Shown: piece after piece, positions 26,532 through 40,418 of the stretch | Position numbering within the stretch: position 1 is the stretch's first letter | Layout of the letters: each line of letters opens with the position of its first letter | Assembly (NCBI GenBank): GCA_002633005.1 | Contig: NMRA01000479.1 | Location: forward strand, 1 to 64,000 | From: Phoronis australis | Taxonomy: Eukaryota > Animalia > Phoronida | DNA: 64,000 bases | Direction: 5' to 3' | The notes under the pieces: generated by a model | What the model was told of the DNA's origin: nothing | Seen by the model: only the letters and a program-made list of their open reading frames with translations | The model's database searches: none | Program-made: the position numbers and the translations under genes

Positions 26532-27623
26532 CACTTATCCCTGTATGTAAATCCGACACAGCCAAGTATTCACGAGGGAAGCTGAGATTCCAAATTCATC
26601 AAAAAACAAAAAATTCTCGCACAGTCCACCCATTCCACTCAAACAACCAAAAATTTGAAAAAATACAGTAGGATTGCCGCCATCGAAGGGGTGGAATTTT
26701 GAAGAGCGTGAAGACCACTTCTTGTGAATTACACAAAAGGACTATTTCCGATGGTTAGTTATAAAATAATGTTACTGTTTCCGGTAGTATCACAAGAATA
26801 GTATGTCTTTTGACGATGGTTACTATGAGTTGTTTGTAAGGAATTCTCGCTTGTGGAAAACACTGCTGTCTAGGCTAGTATTTGTATTGATCGTGTACAT
26901 GTCGAAAGGGGTACTGAAAGACCTCTCGCAATCAAAAATAAATATTTTTTGTCAGTCGAGTTCAAGTATACATCCTGAACCATTATAGGTACCACTGAAA
27001 ACACACCTTAATACGAATACCCCCTCTCCCATAGTCCCCCGGTTACCCGTCAAAAGTCTGCGAGCATGATGCATGCGGAAATTGCGCATAACATTCCTGT
27101 TTGATAAATAAATTCTTTGGTTTCTGATTTAATTGTTTATGTATCTACGAATATCGATAGATTCATAGATGATTTTTGACAATAAGAAGCTAATCTTGTA
27201 AGAATTGGTCACTCGCCCGCGCCATTTCCTAAATTTTTGCGACAACTTCGCAGCAGCAAAATTTGTTCTGAAATTCGGTTTTTCGGTATCGAAATTCTAA
27301 AAACTTATAATCAAGTGAAACCAGTTCCAATAATTTGTTTTGACGTGTACGCAACCTCGTGAAAGAACAACAGTTGATTGAAGAATCGGAAAAAAGAAAC
27401 TGGCCAATAGATGACGCATTATTTCATGGCGCCTAATGTCGTTGCTAAAGATCGCTCCACAACTTTAGCAGCAGAATAACGGTAGAACGTCATTTTTTCC
27501 AACACCGTTAAATAATTTGGTTTACTCAAGGAAGACTGTAGTTTTTAATGACACTAATTTTGTGTCAGATTTTATCTTACCACTTTCTTACCCACATTGG
27601 TGCAAAGCTGTGTATTTGGTAAA

Positions 27624-30600
27624 CAGCTTTGTACCACAGGCGCTTGGGTTTATCGCAAATGACGTCACAATATATATANNNNNNNNNNNNNNNNNNNNNN
27701 NNNNNNNNNNNNNNNNNNNNNNNNNNNNNNNNNNNNNNNNNNNNNNNNNNNNNNNNNNNNNNNNNNNNNNNNNNNNNNNNNNNNNNNNNNNNNNNNNNNN
27801 NNNNNNNNNNNNNNNNNNNNNNNNNNNNNNNNNNNNNNNNNNNNNNNNNNNNNNNNNNNNNNNNNNNNNNNNNNNNNNNNNNNNNNNNNNNNNNNNNNNN
27901 NNNNNNNNNNNNNNNNNNNNNNNNNNNNNNNNNNNNNNNNNNNNNNNNNNNNNNNNNNNNNNNNNNNNNNNNNNNNNNNNNNNNNNNNNNNNNNNNNNNN
28001 NNNNNNNNNNNNNNNNNNNNNNNNNNNNNNNNNNNNNNNNNNNNNNGCCCCGCAACTACATGTATATATGTGTCACATTCGGTTAAAGTCTGTATGTACC
28101 AAAATACAGTCCTCCAAAGACCACTTTAATATCATGTATGCGTCCACAACAGATTTTACCACTTTCAAACTTAGAAATGTGTGATGTTTTTATCTGTTTA
28201 TTATTCTGAAACGTGAGCAGATGACACTATCTGTGTCAGGTTCTACAGTATAAGTTGATACCTTTGATAAAAATACACTTCTACAAATACGTTGACACCA
28301 TTGTGAATGACATTCTTGCTTAATTCGCCAACAAAATTTCTCACAGATGAAAATTTAAGCATTTATTAATCTTACACATAGTGAACTATGAATACCCAAA
28401 TTCTCTTTAAAATCAAGTGATGGGCACCAAAAATAGAGGATACATATACATCCATAGGAACAATGCTTGTGACATGCATGTACAAACAGTTTCATCCTGC
28501 ACATCTTAGCAGACTTCCAGTCACCACAGTTATAGAATCCGACCATCTTAGTAACAATTACCACTAAAAATGCAATTAAAGAAAATGTGACAGTTTTAGA
28601 TTAAATGGTGTTTGCTTTCTTCACACAGAACCTCTTATGCCTAATGACGACAATTCTCAATAACTGAAAGCAGTTATTTTTAAAGATGTTTAAACTGCAA
28701 AAACTTCAATGCCATTTGCCTGAATTGTCTAATTAACAAAACTCATGTTCTGAAAGGCTGTGGTTGAAATGATGATGGTGATGGTGAAGACCCTAAGGAA
28801 CGAAGGTGGCACTTCATAGTTTAAGACACAAAAAACATAATTAAAATATTCATTGTCACTACCATTAGTAAGGGCAGATCCTGGTAACTCGCTACGCCAA
28901 TATCAAATGTCCTGCTATCATCACTTTGAGCATCACAAACAGATCCCAATGACTCTTTTACCACATCGATAGAGACTGTCGTATTGTCATCATCACTCTC
29001 AGCATCATGGCATAGCTTGGAAAATTTTCCTTTATCTTAAAAGTTTCCAGACTTCATACTCTTGTTGACATTAATTCAGTGTATCACCTGCAAATACAAT
29101 TGGAAATTTTAAACATACATTTTGCTATGACAAAAGTTTGAAGATTGGGCAGGATGTTCTTTTCCATAATAAAAGCATTGTGAAAGCTCTCATAAAACAG
29201 CTTTTGTTACAGTGTCTAAGACTTAATTTTAGGGAATTACAGGCATTTTTGTATATTTTATTAAACTTAGGCCTGACAGGTATCTACTTAGTTTCATTTT
29301 TTTACACTTTTCACATCATTTGACAGGTATCCTTGCACACATTGCACAAGCTATCATTCCTGTGAGGTATATATTTAGTTATGGAATCTTTAGTTATACT
29401 TTACGCGTATGTCTTCTTCATATGGTGAATATTTGTCACCGGTGGAGCATGAATTTAGCTATGAGGTTTGCACATTAGAGCAACCGTTTTTTTGTTGTCG
29501 CACTAAGCATTGGAGCTAACACTGGAGCTTCAGACCATAGACATGGATCCTACATTCTTACTAAAATACACTATTTTACACAAACAATAATATAACATTA
29601 ACAATTATAATAAAAACAATACTTTTGTGATTTCTTTGTAGTTCAAATCTGTTAGGCGTGTCCCCTTTAGCATCCCTGCAGATCGATAGTACAAAGGGGA
29701 GTTAGTTGGAAAGGCGTTTTAGGAGCAGTGACCTTTTTTATACGTTTTTGGTCTCAAGACCAAAGTACCTTTATTCTAAAGAGAGTTAACCTGAAGAAAT
29801 TGAAATTTGTTAGTAAAAATTTGACTTCACTTAAAAAGGAAACTAAACCATGTTTTAATTATTTCAACCAATCCTGCGCCTGCCATCTGCTCATGCATCA
29901 TTGGCATCAATCTTGAAAGAGCTGGAATTACTAAAAACTTGCACCCCTATCTCGCCTTTTGGTCCTTGGTGGGTGGTCTTTTTACACAGTTGCCATGAAA
30001 TTCTCTAAAGCGTAGTCGCGCTTGGCCGTTCAGCTGACTTTCAAGAGTTTCAAAATTTTCCGAACTTTTCAGAGTTTTCGAGAGTTACATGTACAGGCCT
30101 TTATTTTGTTCCTGGATAGTAAACATGTTTTTGTATTTGGTGATAAGTCAAAACCAAGTATGCCTTCCTTTTGATTTTCTGAGGTGTCTTTGGTCAGAAG
30201 GGCCATTGGTCTGATTGGTCCACTGACCATTACATCTTGCAATAAACCTGATTAGCAAGCATAAAAGAGTGCCAGGTAACCATATTGCCATGACCATGAT
30301 TGGTGAGTGGTAGGGCTAGGATGACAAGAGAAAAATGCCGAAAAAGGCGTGCATCTTCAAAACAAAGTTCGTTATCATTTGCATTCATGATAATTCTTAA
30401 TTGTGCTTAAATGTACTAAAACAGCAGTCTTCTATAAGATCTGTTGTAATGTCATCACCCAGATCACTTTCAGACTGACAGTCCTTCGAACTAAAATTCC
30501 TTTGCACTAGAGACTATCAAAGGTCCTTCGGAATACATGATCCACCAACTCCATCTCAGCACATTTCGTATAGAAATGACAAAACAATAAAAAAAATAAT

Positions 30601-32017
30601 AGCTGAAAAGGTATTACCATATGTTTGACATCAGCAAGAAATAAATTTTGACTTTACAAAGATATTGTGTGATGAAATTTGAAAAACAAGTAATTTTAAT
30701 TACATGACATACCTTAAAGACGATCTATTAGAAAATTCTTGATTATTTTTGCAGAACTGAACACCTTGTGACAAAAATGGCATCCCCTCACTTCTTCATC
30801 TGAAACAAATTATAAATGCAGTGATCTATGCATGCTGCAACTTTACATTTGCATTCACTTGTTTGGCTTACTTAAAGCTGTCTTCTAAATTTCCAATAAC
30901 ATGAGTTTGAAAGTTTTTAAGTTATTCTGCTACATTAAATGGTTCACCTAGTTAACAATAAATATGGTGGGAAGAAAACTGCTGCAAATAACGAAATGTG
31001 CAATGTTTTACAATGCTAGTTGATGTATGTCTGAAAAACAGGCTGTATGCTGACGGAATGAGAATCAAAATGACTATGCAGTTACCTTATGGAAGAATTA
31101 AATCAAAGTAGCCATTAATTATGACCTCGCACTCACGAGTTTAAAAAAGATAAAATTGCAGAAACCTTGCAGAAATATGTGGAATCTGCGAAAATGTATA
31201 TGTATATGTATATTTCCCATAATACTTCATTGATGCGAAACTCACACCCCCTTCCTAACTCACCCATGTGAAGTTGCTTGTGTCCCTACTCTGAGAAAAC
31301 AAGCACCAAATTCTACCTTCATCTGTGCCATTGTCACTTGAACTGAAAGGAGTGACAACACTCTCATCTGAAAAAAATCAAAACTGTCAATAGAAATGAA
31401 ATGTTGTCTATAGTCCAAAGGGTATTTAGTCCGAAAACAATAGGATCTATAGTCCGAAGAGTCGATAGTCGGAATAAAAAAACTAATATTTTTTAACATT
31501 ATTCCGTAATCTACAGAGTTAAATGTCTTCAGGATTTCAGTTAACTTTACACCATTTTCTCCATNGTGGAATAAAGTTACAAATAATCATTAAAATACTA
31601 ACTTTAACAGTCTCAATTAGTTGAGTTTTGGATTAGAGTTATTGAATTTGAAATATAGGTTGCTTGCTCAAACTCGAAGTTTCACCTACGTCAGGCGTAC
31701 AAGTTGAAGCACAACAGAAATCCGCCATGTTTACTATTTCAGGTCCTTGAATTCAGAGTTTTGAGATTGTTTTGGAAATTCCATCGCCAATTCACCACTC
31801 ACGAAGACAGTTAATGGGATCTAGGAAAGATAAGGCTCAAAGGTTTATGCAACACCAGACTGAGGGAGGTGCACGCAGATTTTATTTGGATTTTCGACGG
31901 CTGAAGTTGGGAGCCTCGGCTTGGCAAAGTTTGAGTGTCCAACCTCTATTTTTTCTTATATATATTATTGAGTGACGTCATTTGCGATAAACCCAAGCGC
32001 CTGTGGTACCAAGGCTA
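27624..32017 (-). mobile_element. ~4.4-kb element bounded by TIRs, containing a decayed multi-exon gene (possible tyrosine recombinase plus PHD)
   Basis: 27631-27668 is the exact reverse complement of 31972-32009 (38 bp); termini CAG.../...CTA; flanks taaa / ttaa; interior motifs described in findings. Confidence 0.7.
27679..28046. other. Assembly gap (N run)
   Basis: Run of n. Confidence 1.
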
Positions 32018-33284
32018 TTAAATCGTCTGCCATTTTGTAATCTCCGTTTTTGACCTAATGACGTCAAATATAGTGACCCAAATGCTAGCCAATCAGCCTA
32101 GTGTATGCTTTAGTTCATGAGTTCACAAAAATGCACATGGCGGAGTGGCAAGCGAATAGTAAAAGTCGACTCTTCGAGTGAACAAGTTCTTTCGAAGGGC
32201 TTGATTTCCCTGCATTTCTATTCGCCGTAATATTTTACAGATAAATGTGTTCACGCGATCGCAATTTCGACGTGTTCACTGGTTAATATTTGATGTGCGA
32301 TTCGAGTATGTTATGCATGCCTTAATTCTACACTTTCACTGTGTGAACTTTCAACCCTCTTTAAGGGTTGGTTTACCAACTAGTAGCAGCGGATTTTATG
32401 CCGCACACGACCATATTACTAAAACGTTCGTTGTGGAATTCAAAAATGTGTCATATATGAGACGAATTCCTGTTATTTAAACTTCCACACATTCAATCCT
32501 GTTTGAGATCCACGATTGATGTAGGCTACGGAATAACATAAACTAAGCCTAAATACTAAACATTATGGACAATAACTTCAAATAATCGCGCCTAATGCTC
32601 AAGGCTTATATATTTTACAAAATATACTTACTGTTTCCGTACAGACGCAGTTATGCCCATGTTTTATGCTCAAGCCCTTGATGTTGAAAAGCATTGGCGC
32701 GAATTTGTAATCGCGTGCGAATAATCATTTTGTAGTTTATGGTATCATAAAAGTGACTTTAAGGTTATGCAAATCCCTGCAAAAATCCCCAAATTTAGCA
32801 AACTTCGCAACATCGTATCTCAGAAACGGCTGACTGGATGCAGAAACTTTCGGATACAATACGCAATATTCTAAAAAAAAACTGTTAGGAATTGTTTTAA
32901 CATTCTTCCACTTTTGCGTGAGGAGCTATCAAAAATAGTAGCTATACGATCTTCATGAAAAATCTTTAATGTTGATAACTAAAACGAGATATTTTAAAAA
33001 ATTGTAACAGCGTTTTTTGATATCTCACCTTGAAAATTTATATCAAATAAAATTTCATTGTGTGATTGATAACGCTGTTTTGCAATCAATGTACCTTTCC
33101 TTTTTACTAAATTTTACTAAAAGACATGGTCATGTGACCCAATTTACAACAGTTTGCTAAAAAGTCAAAAATCAAATTTTACAGCCTTTCTACTTTCAGA
33201 AAATACATGCTTTTACTGAGTTGAAATTTATACTTTCTTTAGATATTTTTAAATGCACAGGCTTGTTGGTAAGGGCACACATCT

Positions 33285-33683
33285 GGGCTCTGGGTCTAAT
33301 CTTTTTACTCCAAAGCGAACTCGAAGTTATTTTGTGACAATTCCATTCTAGTGTTTTGTGAACTCAATATAAGGTCTATTATTCTGTGTTCGAGTACTTA
33401 TTGTTCATGCCTATGAATTTCTTGTCCAAGTTCAAACCTCTAGACTCAAGCTGCAAACTCGAGTAAAAACTTGACGAAATTTTGAGTTGAGACTCGAATT
33501 TTTAGCCTTGATGCTGGGGCCATCACGTGTTAGCTAGGATTAGACAGTTATTTACGCCAGAAATTATGCAGTTGGACATAGAATAAGATAATGTGGTCTT
33601 GATTTAGCATGAACGTAGAATAGAAAGTGCCAAAAATAATTTCGAGTTCAATTTCGAGCAAAAAAGATTAGATTACGGGACCC
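33285..33683. mobile_element. Harbinger-type MITE (~400 bp)
   Basis: TIR gggctctgggtctaatctttttact..aactcga vs reverse complement gggtcccgtaatctaatctttttgct..aactcga; internal aactcga repeats. Confidence 0.7.
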
Positions 33684-34869
33684 GGTTCACGCGCCAACTT
33701 CCGAATTGCTGAAAATGTTTTTACAATTAGAAATTACGAGTGTATCACGGTTTACAAATAATTAATAGAAATTATTTAGCACATTTTCATCCCAAATATA
33801 TTGTGTATGTAGAACTAAATAAATACAAAAGGGGTGATATCAAGTTTTCAAAAAGTAAAATATCGCGTGTTGCCTGAACTTTGTACAACTGTTCAACAGT
33901 TAACGCTCTGAAGCAGTAACTGAGACATTGTCATAAATGCATGTGATATTACAGAGGAAGTCGACAAGTTTTCGTCAATGATAGACACAACACTTTTTCG
34001 CCAATCCTTACCTTAGAAGCTTTTCTGTCATGGAATGGAATTTCGATGGCCATCAAATTAATCCCTGCAACTTAAAGAGGTTTGGAACGCGAAAAGCAGA
34101 CTAAATTGCATTATTCAAAGTGGTTCTCTGCCACAGAAAAAGAATTCAACGTGTTCACCAAGATATTTTTACGGTTTGCTACCAAGGATTTTGAATTTCT
34201 GTTGATGTCAAGTATTTTCCTTTTAGTTTGAAATTTCAAAAAAACCCCGATTTGTCAACTGCTCGTCACTTTCTTCCACAAGACAATGCACGCTTCCTTA
34301 TTTGGTATGGCAAAACATAGACGTAGCGGAAAACGTAACCTTTGACATTTGATGTAAACAAAGCAATGGCGACTTCAAGGAACAGTCCGCTTAAAAGGCA
34401 ATCGATGTTTACAATATATTCTAAAATACACTTGGAATTCTCTTTGGGAAATATCTAGCTTCACTGGATTGCCTCATACTGTGGTGTCGACCTCAGATTT
34501 GCAGTGCGATCCTAAATGATTATCTGCCGTGAAGATCCAGTCAGAAACCTCCGATTCGGAAGGCGATCACACATGATATCCAGTCACAAAGCACTGCTAT
34601 TCGCATGTGCTGACTTTGCTTATAAGAATAATTCATTTTGAGACAGAGCGCAGAATAATAAACGTCAAACGGCAACACGCAATCCCGACTTAGAGCTCAT
34701 CCGACGAAGACTTCGCAAGTAGATGGTTAAGTTTCACAGGCTATCAGTTCGAACCGGAATACAGTGATCAAGAAAGACTTGAGAGGCGCTGTGAACATGC
34801 ACAGGCAACGGAACGTACGGTAGTTCTTTGGTAAGCCGGCATTCGTCAGACTCACCGTCGACGACTGCT

Positions 34870-35057
34870 GGCCACAGACACGGAGATGTTTCACGGCCTC
34901 ATACTTGCTAATAACAGCGTACTTTTCATTTTTCACTACCGCGAGCCACTTCCTAAGCATTTCGGACTCTCGAGGAAGTCGAAAACCGATGTACTTGCTT
35001 TCCTCGCAGCTGCATAATTCGGACAAGCGGGAAAGATGCACAGCAACATAGCGGCAT
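34870..35057 (-). pseudogene. THAP zinc-finger relic (DNA transposon derived)
   Basis: MPLCCCA, then (frameshift) FRLPRESEMLRKWLAVVK...HLRVC. Confidence 0.7.
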
Positions 35058-35809
35058 TCACTGTGCAAATGAACCACTGACGTCGATGCGTCGTTTCTCA
35101 CCTCCACAGGTTAACGCGACACCTCTCTGGAAGGTAAAGTCGATCGTATGCGAGGCGATCTGGCTATAGACCGATTAAGACGGTAAAATGACTAATTAAA
35201 TTGGGTGGCATTCTCTTTATTGAGTTTAAAGTAAATGGAATAATTCCCATTGAGCCAGAAGCATTCGGCTTCAACCCGCAGCGAAAGATGAGCACAATAA
35301 TTAGCTACCCGGGCCTTGAATGGGTGATTCGTGTGAAAAAAAAGATTGAAAACTACTGCGTCTTGCTTTTAACATTGCAATATCTTCCCATCGCCGACAT
35401 TCAGCTCATAGACTACAGCTCACTACAGCCCCCGGGCCCCCGTTTGAGTTTTCAATCACGGAATAATTCAGACAACAGAGGCATTTATTGTAAGTTTTTG
35501 TCACATTTTAAAATACATTTTCTTTAATAATTGAAAATCCAAGTCAATTTAGCAAGTGATTATTTTCCCCGCGAAGTGTCACGGCAACTGCAGGCGGTTA
35601 ATTGTCGTATTCGGACAGCAAAGACAAGCACTGGTGCGCGTTATTTTAATTCAGACGTGGAGCTCACTATCTTGAGATAAAAGTTGTTTTGTGTTTGTTG
35701 AAGCATCGCTTTGTGTCATGTTTTTCTCTATTTTACGGTTTAACGGCCAGTAGAGCCGCTGCTGATTTGCTGCCATATACGCAAAAATGCGCTCACACGT
35801 CCCGATAGT

Positions 35810-35955
35810 TGTAACGAAAGCATCACTTTATTATATCATGACCTCATGGACTGAGACATGAAGTTGATGACAACAGGAAGTAGATATGACTAAACTATCA
35901 TTACGACTAAAGTCCAAAACTCCGAATAAAACGCGTAATCAAACATCACGTCACA
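35810..35955 (-). repeat. 3' LTR (146 bp), with polypurine tract agaaagggacgga (minus) immediately internal
   Basis: Direct repeat of 39281-39457 with a ~31-bp deletion. Confidence 0.92.
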
Positions 35956-38900
35956 TCCGTCCCTTTCTGAACTGAAAGCTTATTTAAAGTCTCTGAACTA
36001 GAAAACTATGAACTAAGAACAAAGTTCACGAATTGCTGAGGTGTACGTCTCGCACGAGTCGATCGTAGTGTTTGGACTCCTTCTGGACAAGCTCGAAGAA
36101 TGTCCGCCTCGGAGTTGTTGACTCAGGTGGTGACTCGGTTGTTGTGTTGTCATCAGCCACTGTATTCAACAGATCTCGCCGATTGCTCCTATAGACTTTT
36201 GGTCACACTTGGATGTCGTAACTACGTGGACCGACCTGGTCGCGGCTTATTAGGGGGTATACTTGTTATCACCCGGCACCTTCAGACGCACTGTATCACC
36301 AAGCTCAATCGTGGGTAGATCCTTTGCGCCTTTATGGTAGTAGAAACGTTGTCGCTCCTTGCATCCTTTTAGATCTCGAATGCCACCTTCCTTGGGGTGT
36401 CCTGGTTACAGTAGGCAATCTGTCATCTTCGTCCCATGAGACGCTCAGCGGAGCTCGTGGACATACCTTCAGTTGGTGTGTTTCGCCAGTCAAGCAAAGC
36501 TTGAAATTCTGAGGTTTTGTCCGACTGACATTTCTTGAACAACTGCTTCACCGTCTTTACTGCATTTTCTGCCTTGCCGTTGGATTGCACATAATGAGGA
36601 GATGACGTGTTATGCACAAAATTCCATTTTGCAACAAATTCTGCAAATTCTACTGCACTGAACTGAGGCCCATTATCGCTAAAGACCTCATGGGGAACAC
36701 CATGTACAGCGAAGATTCTCATCATCTCATTGGTGACAGCTTTGGATGTCCTTTAAGACAAATTGGCGACTTCTATATAATTGTAGAAATCCACCAAGAC
36801 AGGCAAAGTTCTCCCACTGAACTCGCACAGGTCAGCCGCAATCTTCGCCCATGGTAAGGTTGTCGCTGGATGCGTCATCAGAGTCTCCATTGGTTGATTC
36901 GACCGATATGACAGACATGTGTCACATTGTATGAGGAATTCTCTGATGTCACCTGCCAAGCCGGGCCAGTACATGGACTCTCTAGCCCGTCAAATAGACC
37001 CATCTATTCCAATTTGAGTTGAGTGCAGCTGAGACAACATTTGCCTCCTCATACTCCTGGGAATGATCAAATGATCACCTGGCATCCTCTAAACATCAAG
37101 AGTCCTTCGCCCACCAGCCTGTCCCCCATACCAAAGTAATGACGTAGAACCTGCGAAATTGCGCTGCGTGTTCCTGGCCAGCCAACATGAACCATCTTGT
37201 TCAGCTCCGAAAGAATTGGGTCTTCGGCTGACTCTGCTGCCAATTGTCTCCAAAGGTCAGTTGTCAAAGCATCCGGTTCTTCTACATGGTTGATGGCCAC
37301 TACTTCTTTCACCTCACAGGTATCGTTCAGATATGCTCTACTTAAAGTATCTGCTAATGAAAGGCTCTCTCTTTTAACGTACGTAATGGTTAATACATAT
37401 TTCTTCTGCCTTAGGAACATGCGCTGTAGCCTTTTCGGTGACTGATACAGGGGCTGCTTTGCAATAATTTCCAAGGGTTTGTGATCTGCGTTGACTGTCA
37501 AACGACCTCTACCATAGATGTATGTATTGAACCGCTCACAGGCAAAGACAAAGGCTAATAACTCTTTCTCGATTTGAGCAGAGTTTTGCTCTGCACAAAT
37601 AAGTGCTCGAGATGCATAGGCTACGGGTTGTCCATTCTGTAACAACGCTGCGCCAAGTCCACTTTGTGGGCTCTTCAACTGGGGCAATGATCCCATCCTT
37701 GACAAGAACGTCCAGCTTCGCTTTGAAGGGCTCCCTGAGGGGCACTGGTACCCTGCGTGGTAGATGTTGTTCAGCTGGCACACTGTCAACCAGTCTGATG
37801 CGGTGCTCCGCTAACAGCTTTCCCACCTTGTCACTGAACGCTTTTACGAAATCTTCTTTTGTAACTGGTTTTGATGTCGTCGTCGTGGTAATCTTGAATG
37901 TCTTGGTATCCTTTGGGTACGGTTGTGTCATATTGTCGTTGTCTGTGAATTTGAGTACTTTCAAACCAACCACGCCTTCTCCCCTAGCAAGGATCTTCCC
38001 ATGGGATTGTCCACCATTAGGATCTGATGTTGCATCTTCTATCAAATCCCGAAACACTTAGAAAAACTCGACCCATCGCCGGAAGTTGCTTCCTCGATAG
38101 GCCTCTATACACGATGCCACTGACTCCAGTTTGCTCTTGCTCAGTGTATGGTCTCCCGTAGCTTCCTTGTAGATGTGGAGTGGGATAATTGATGTGTCAG
38201 TTCCACTGTCGATCTGAAACTGCACAAAGTTCCCGTTTTCAAGATAAGGTGTTATTATCTGTCGGGGCAAAGCTCTGCCATATTGGAAATTGCGTACGTT
38301 TGTGGGTGGTCCTCTTCATACAAGGCATTGGCCTTCTTTGTAGATGCGTCACTCCAACATTTAACCGCAAAATGTATAATTTTCTGCATTTATTGCATTG
38401 CTTTCCTTTCGCAGGACATTTTTCACCATGTTTGAATCCACAGTTTAAGCAATCATTCTATTTGCTCGTCTGTGACTGTTTCTTGTTCCTCTGTGCTGGC
38501 TGGTGCTTCTTTCTAGTGTTGACTGCATGGACGCCCGTTGTAATCACTCCAACCAATTTCATGTGTGCTGATGTTGATTCAGCCGCTCTGCAAATCTCAT
38601 CGGTTTTTTCAACGTCAGTGAAGCTTCTCTGAGTAGCGTTCACGTACCTTGGGATCTCTAATGCCGAATACCAAACGGTCTATTTCGTCTGGCGTGATGT
38701 TGGCAAACTCGCACCTCTCGGCCAATTTTCGCAGAGCCGCCTTGTACTGTTCGAACGATTCGCCTGGTTCCTGTATACGCTTATTAAAGAAGAATCTCTC
38801 ATATGGAGTGTTCTTGTTTGGTTCGCTATACGCCAAAAACCTGTCCATTACAGCACCAATCTGTTCTCTTTCGGCATCATTCAGGTGTAGAAAAGATAAT

Positions 38901-39280
38901 CTTGCTCTTTCTCCAGTTACAGTAAGGAGTGTAGCCACCTGGACATTTTCGGGCTCCTTGGTTAGTTCCGATGCCAGCGAGTAATTCACCCACGCATTGA
39001 GCAATTTCCTCCAGCCTTCTGCCACATTGTTGGAGTGCAGATCCAAGGGGGAGGGAGTGGTAAATCATATGCGTGGGCCATTGTAAGTTGCAATCTGAGA
39101 CACCAGGGATTTCTTAAGCACGTCCTTTTAAAATCAAGTCAGAGTAAGAAATGGAATGAACTCAACGGATCAGGCTCACTAGTTTAGGGTTTAATGAGCA
39201 AAACCACAATGCTTTTTCATGAATTTTGTGTGCTGGTCTCTTCAGTGGTTCATTAGGGTCCTGTGTTCACGCTGCCACTG

Positions 39281-39457
39281 TGTAACGAATTGCTGTTAAC
39301 TCGTAGATTTTAATTAATAAAACATCATTTTATTATATCATGACCTCATGGTCTGGGACAGGAACTTGATGACAACAGAAAGTAGATCTGACTAGACTAT
39401 CATTACGACTTCAGTCCAAAACTCCGAATAAAACGCGTAATCGAACATGACGTCACA
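39281..39457 (-). repeat. 5' LTR (177 bp), followed by PBS TGGCAGCG (tRNA-Leu-like)
   Basis: Minus strand ..gttaca cag TGGCAGCGtgaac; TG/CA termini. Confidence 0.92.
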
Positions 39458-40418
39458 ATAGCCACACTGCAATTGCTCACTTCAGGTTGGTACATTGCAT
39501 CAGTTTCACGATATGGCGATAAAGATAAACCATTTGCTGATCTCGACAGTTTTCCTCTAATTTATTACCTAAACGGCCGCTGTTGCCAAAATTTGACGTG
39601 CCCTTGATATGAGTCAGGTCTGATCTCAGTAGCCCAGAGTTGGCTGCGGGAGATGTGATGTACTCCATAAACTTATGGTTATGCATTAAATATCACTCGT
39701 CATAAGCAATTAAGAACAGATAAAATTTGGACAACAAGTAACCATATTTATATACAAAGACCAAAGAGAATCAAAAAACAACCAAACAAAGTAGCAACGC
39801 ATTTACGCTCACGGTGTTATCAACACGCTTTCAAGCACAACATGACCGTAATTCAGGAATCGTTCCTAAACTGATACCCAGGAACGGAAATAGGCGGAAA
39901 AATTCGACAATTTTCTGATCTCGGCCAAGATGCAAATCTTTGCCCAAAAAGGCTTTTAGCTTGATAATAGAAAGGAGGTGAACATTATGCCATGCTACAC
40001 ATTTCCTAATTCTGCATATATTATTGATTTTTCGAAGCAGATTGCCCTTTTGAGATAAGGACTTTTAGGCGAACGCCACCCGAAGACAAGGATGTAAAAA
40101 GACCAAGTTTTCTTTTCTCACGAACTTTCCACACACTCTAAGAGCAAACTTAATCCAGTTATTGATGAGCAAAGGAGACGAGTCACAAATTATATAGTCG
40201 GACGGCGATTAATATTAAAGGTTGGAAACAACACAGTGGGCGGAATCATGCACAACGGTGAGAGATGTCACCTTCGGTGATCGAGTTAGTTATTACCCCT
40301 CCGTGACTACGAGGACCGCCATGCAATTAGTCCACTCCGATGACTGCCTTAAAATGTTGACAAGAATTGCTTTTTAGATTTACTTATAACGTGTCGAAAA
40401 GTGCTAACCATCTTTACT

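Larger units (their letters stand above)
35810..39457 (-). mobile_element. Gypsy/Ty3 LTR retrotransposon, degenerate, RT domain deleted
   Basis: Paired TG..CA LTRs; 5-bp TSD atagt/atagc; gag (QVATLL, YERFFF, EIDRLVFGI), protease (FQIDSGT), RNase H (GLGAALLQ, AQIEKE, DHKPL, ADTLSR), integrase (SDNGPQF, QSNGKAE) in PR-RT-RH-IN order. Confidence 0.96.

Noticed and set aside
27517-28129. Long ORFs spanning the N run
   Set aside because: Artefacts of the assembly gap
37197-38984. Plus-strand ORFs of 82-152 aa over the Gypsy element
   Set aside because: Antisense shadows of gag/pol
39477-39720. Possible MADF-like fragment next to the 5' LTR
   Set aside because: Conserved tryptophans absent; too weak to call
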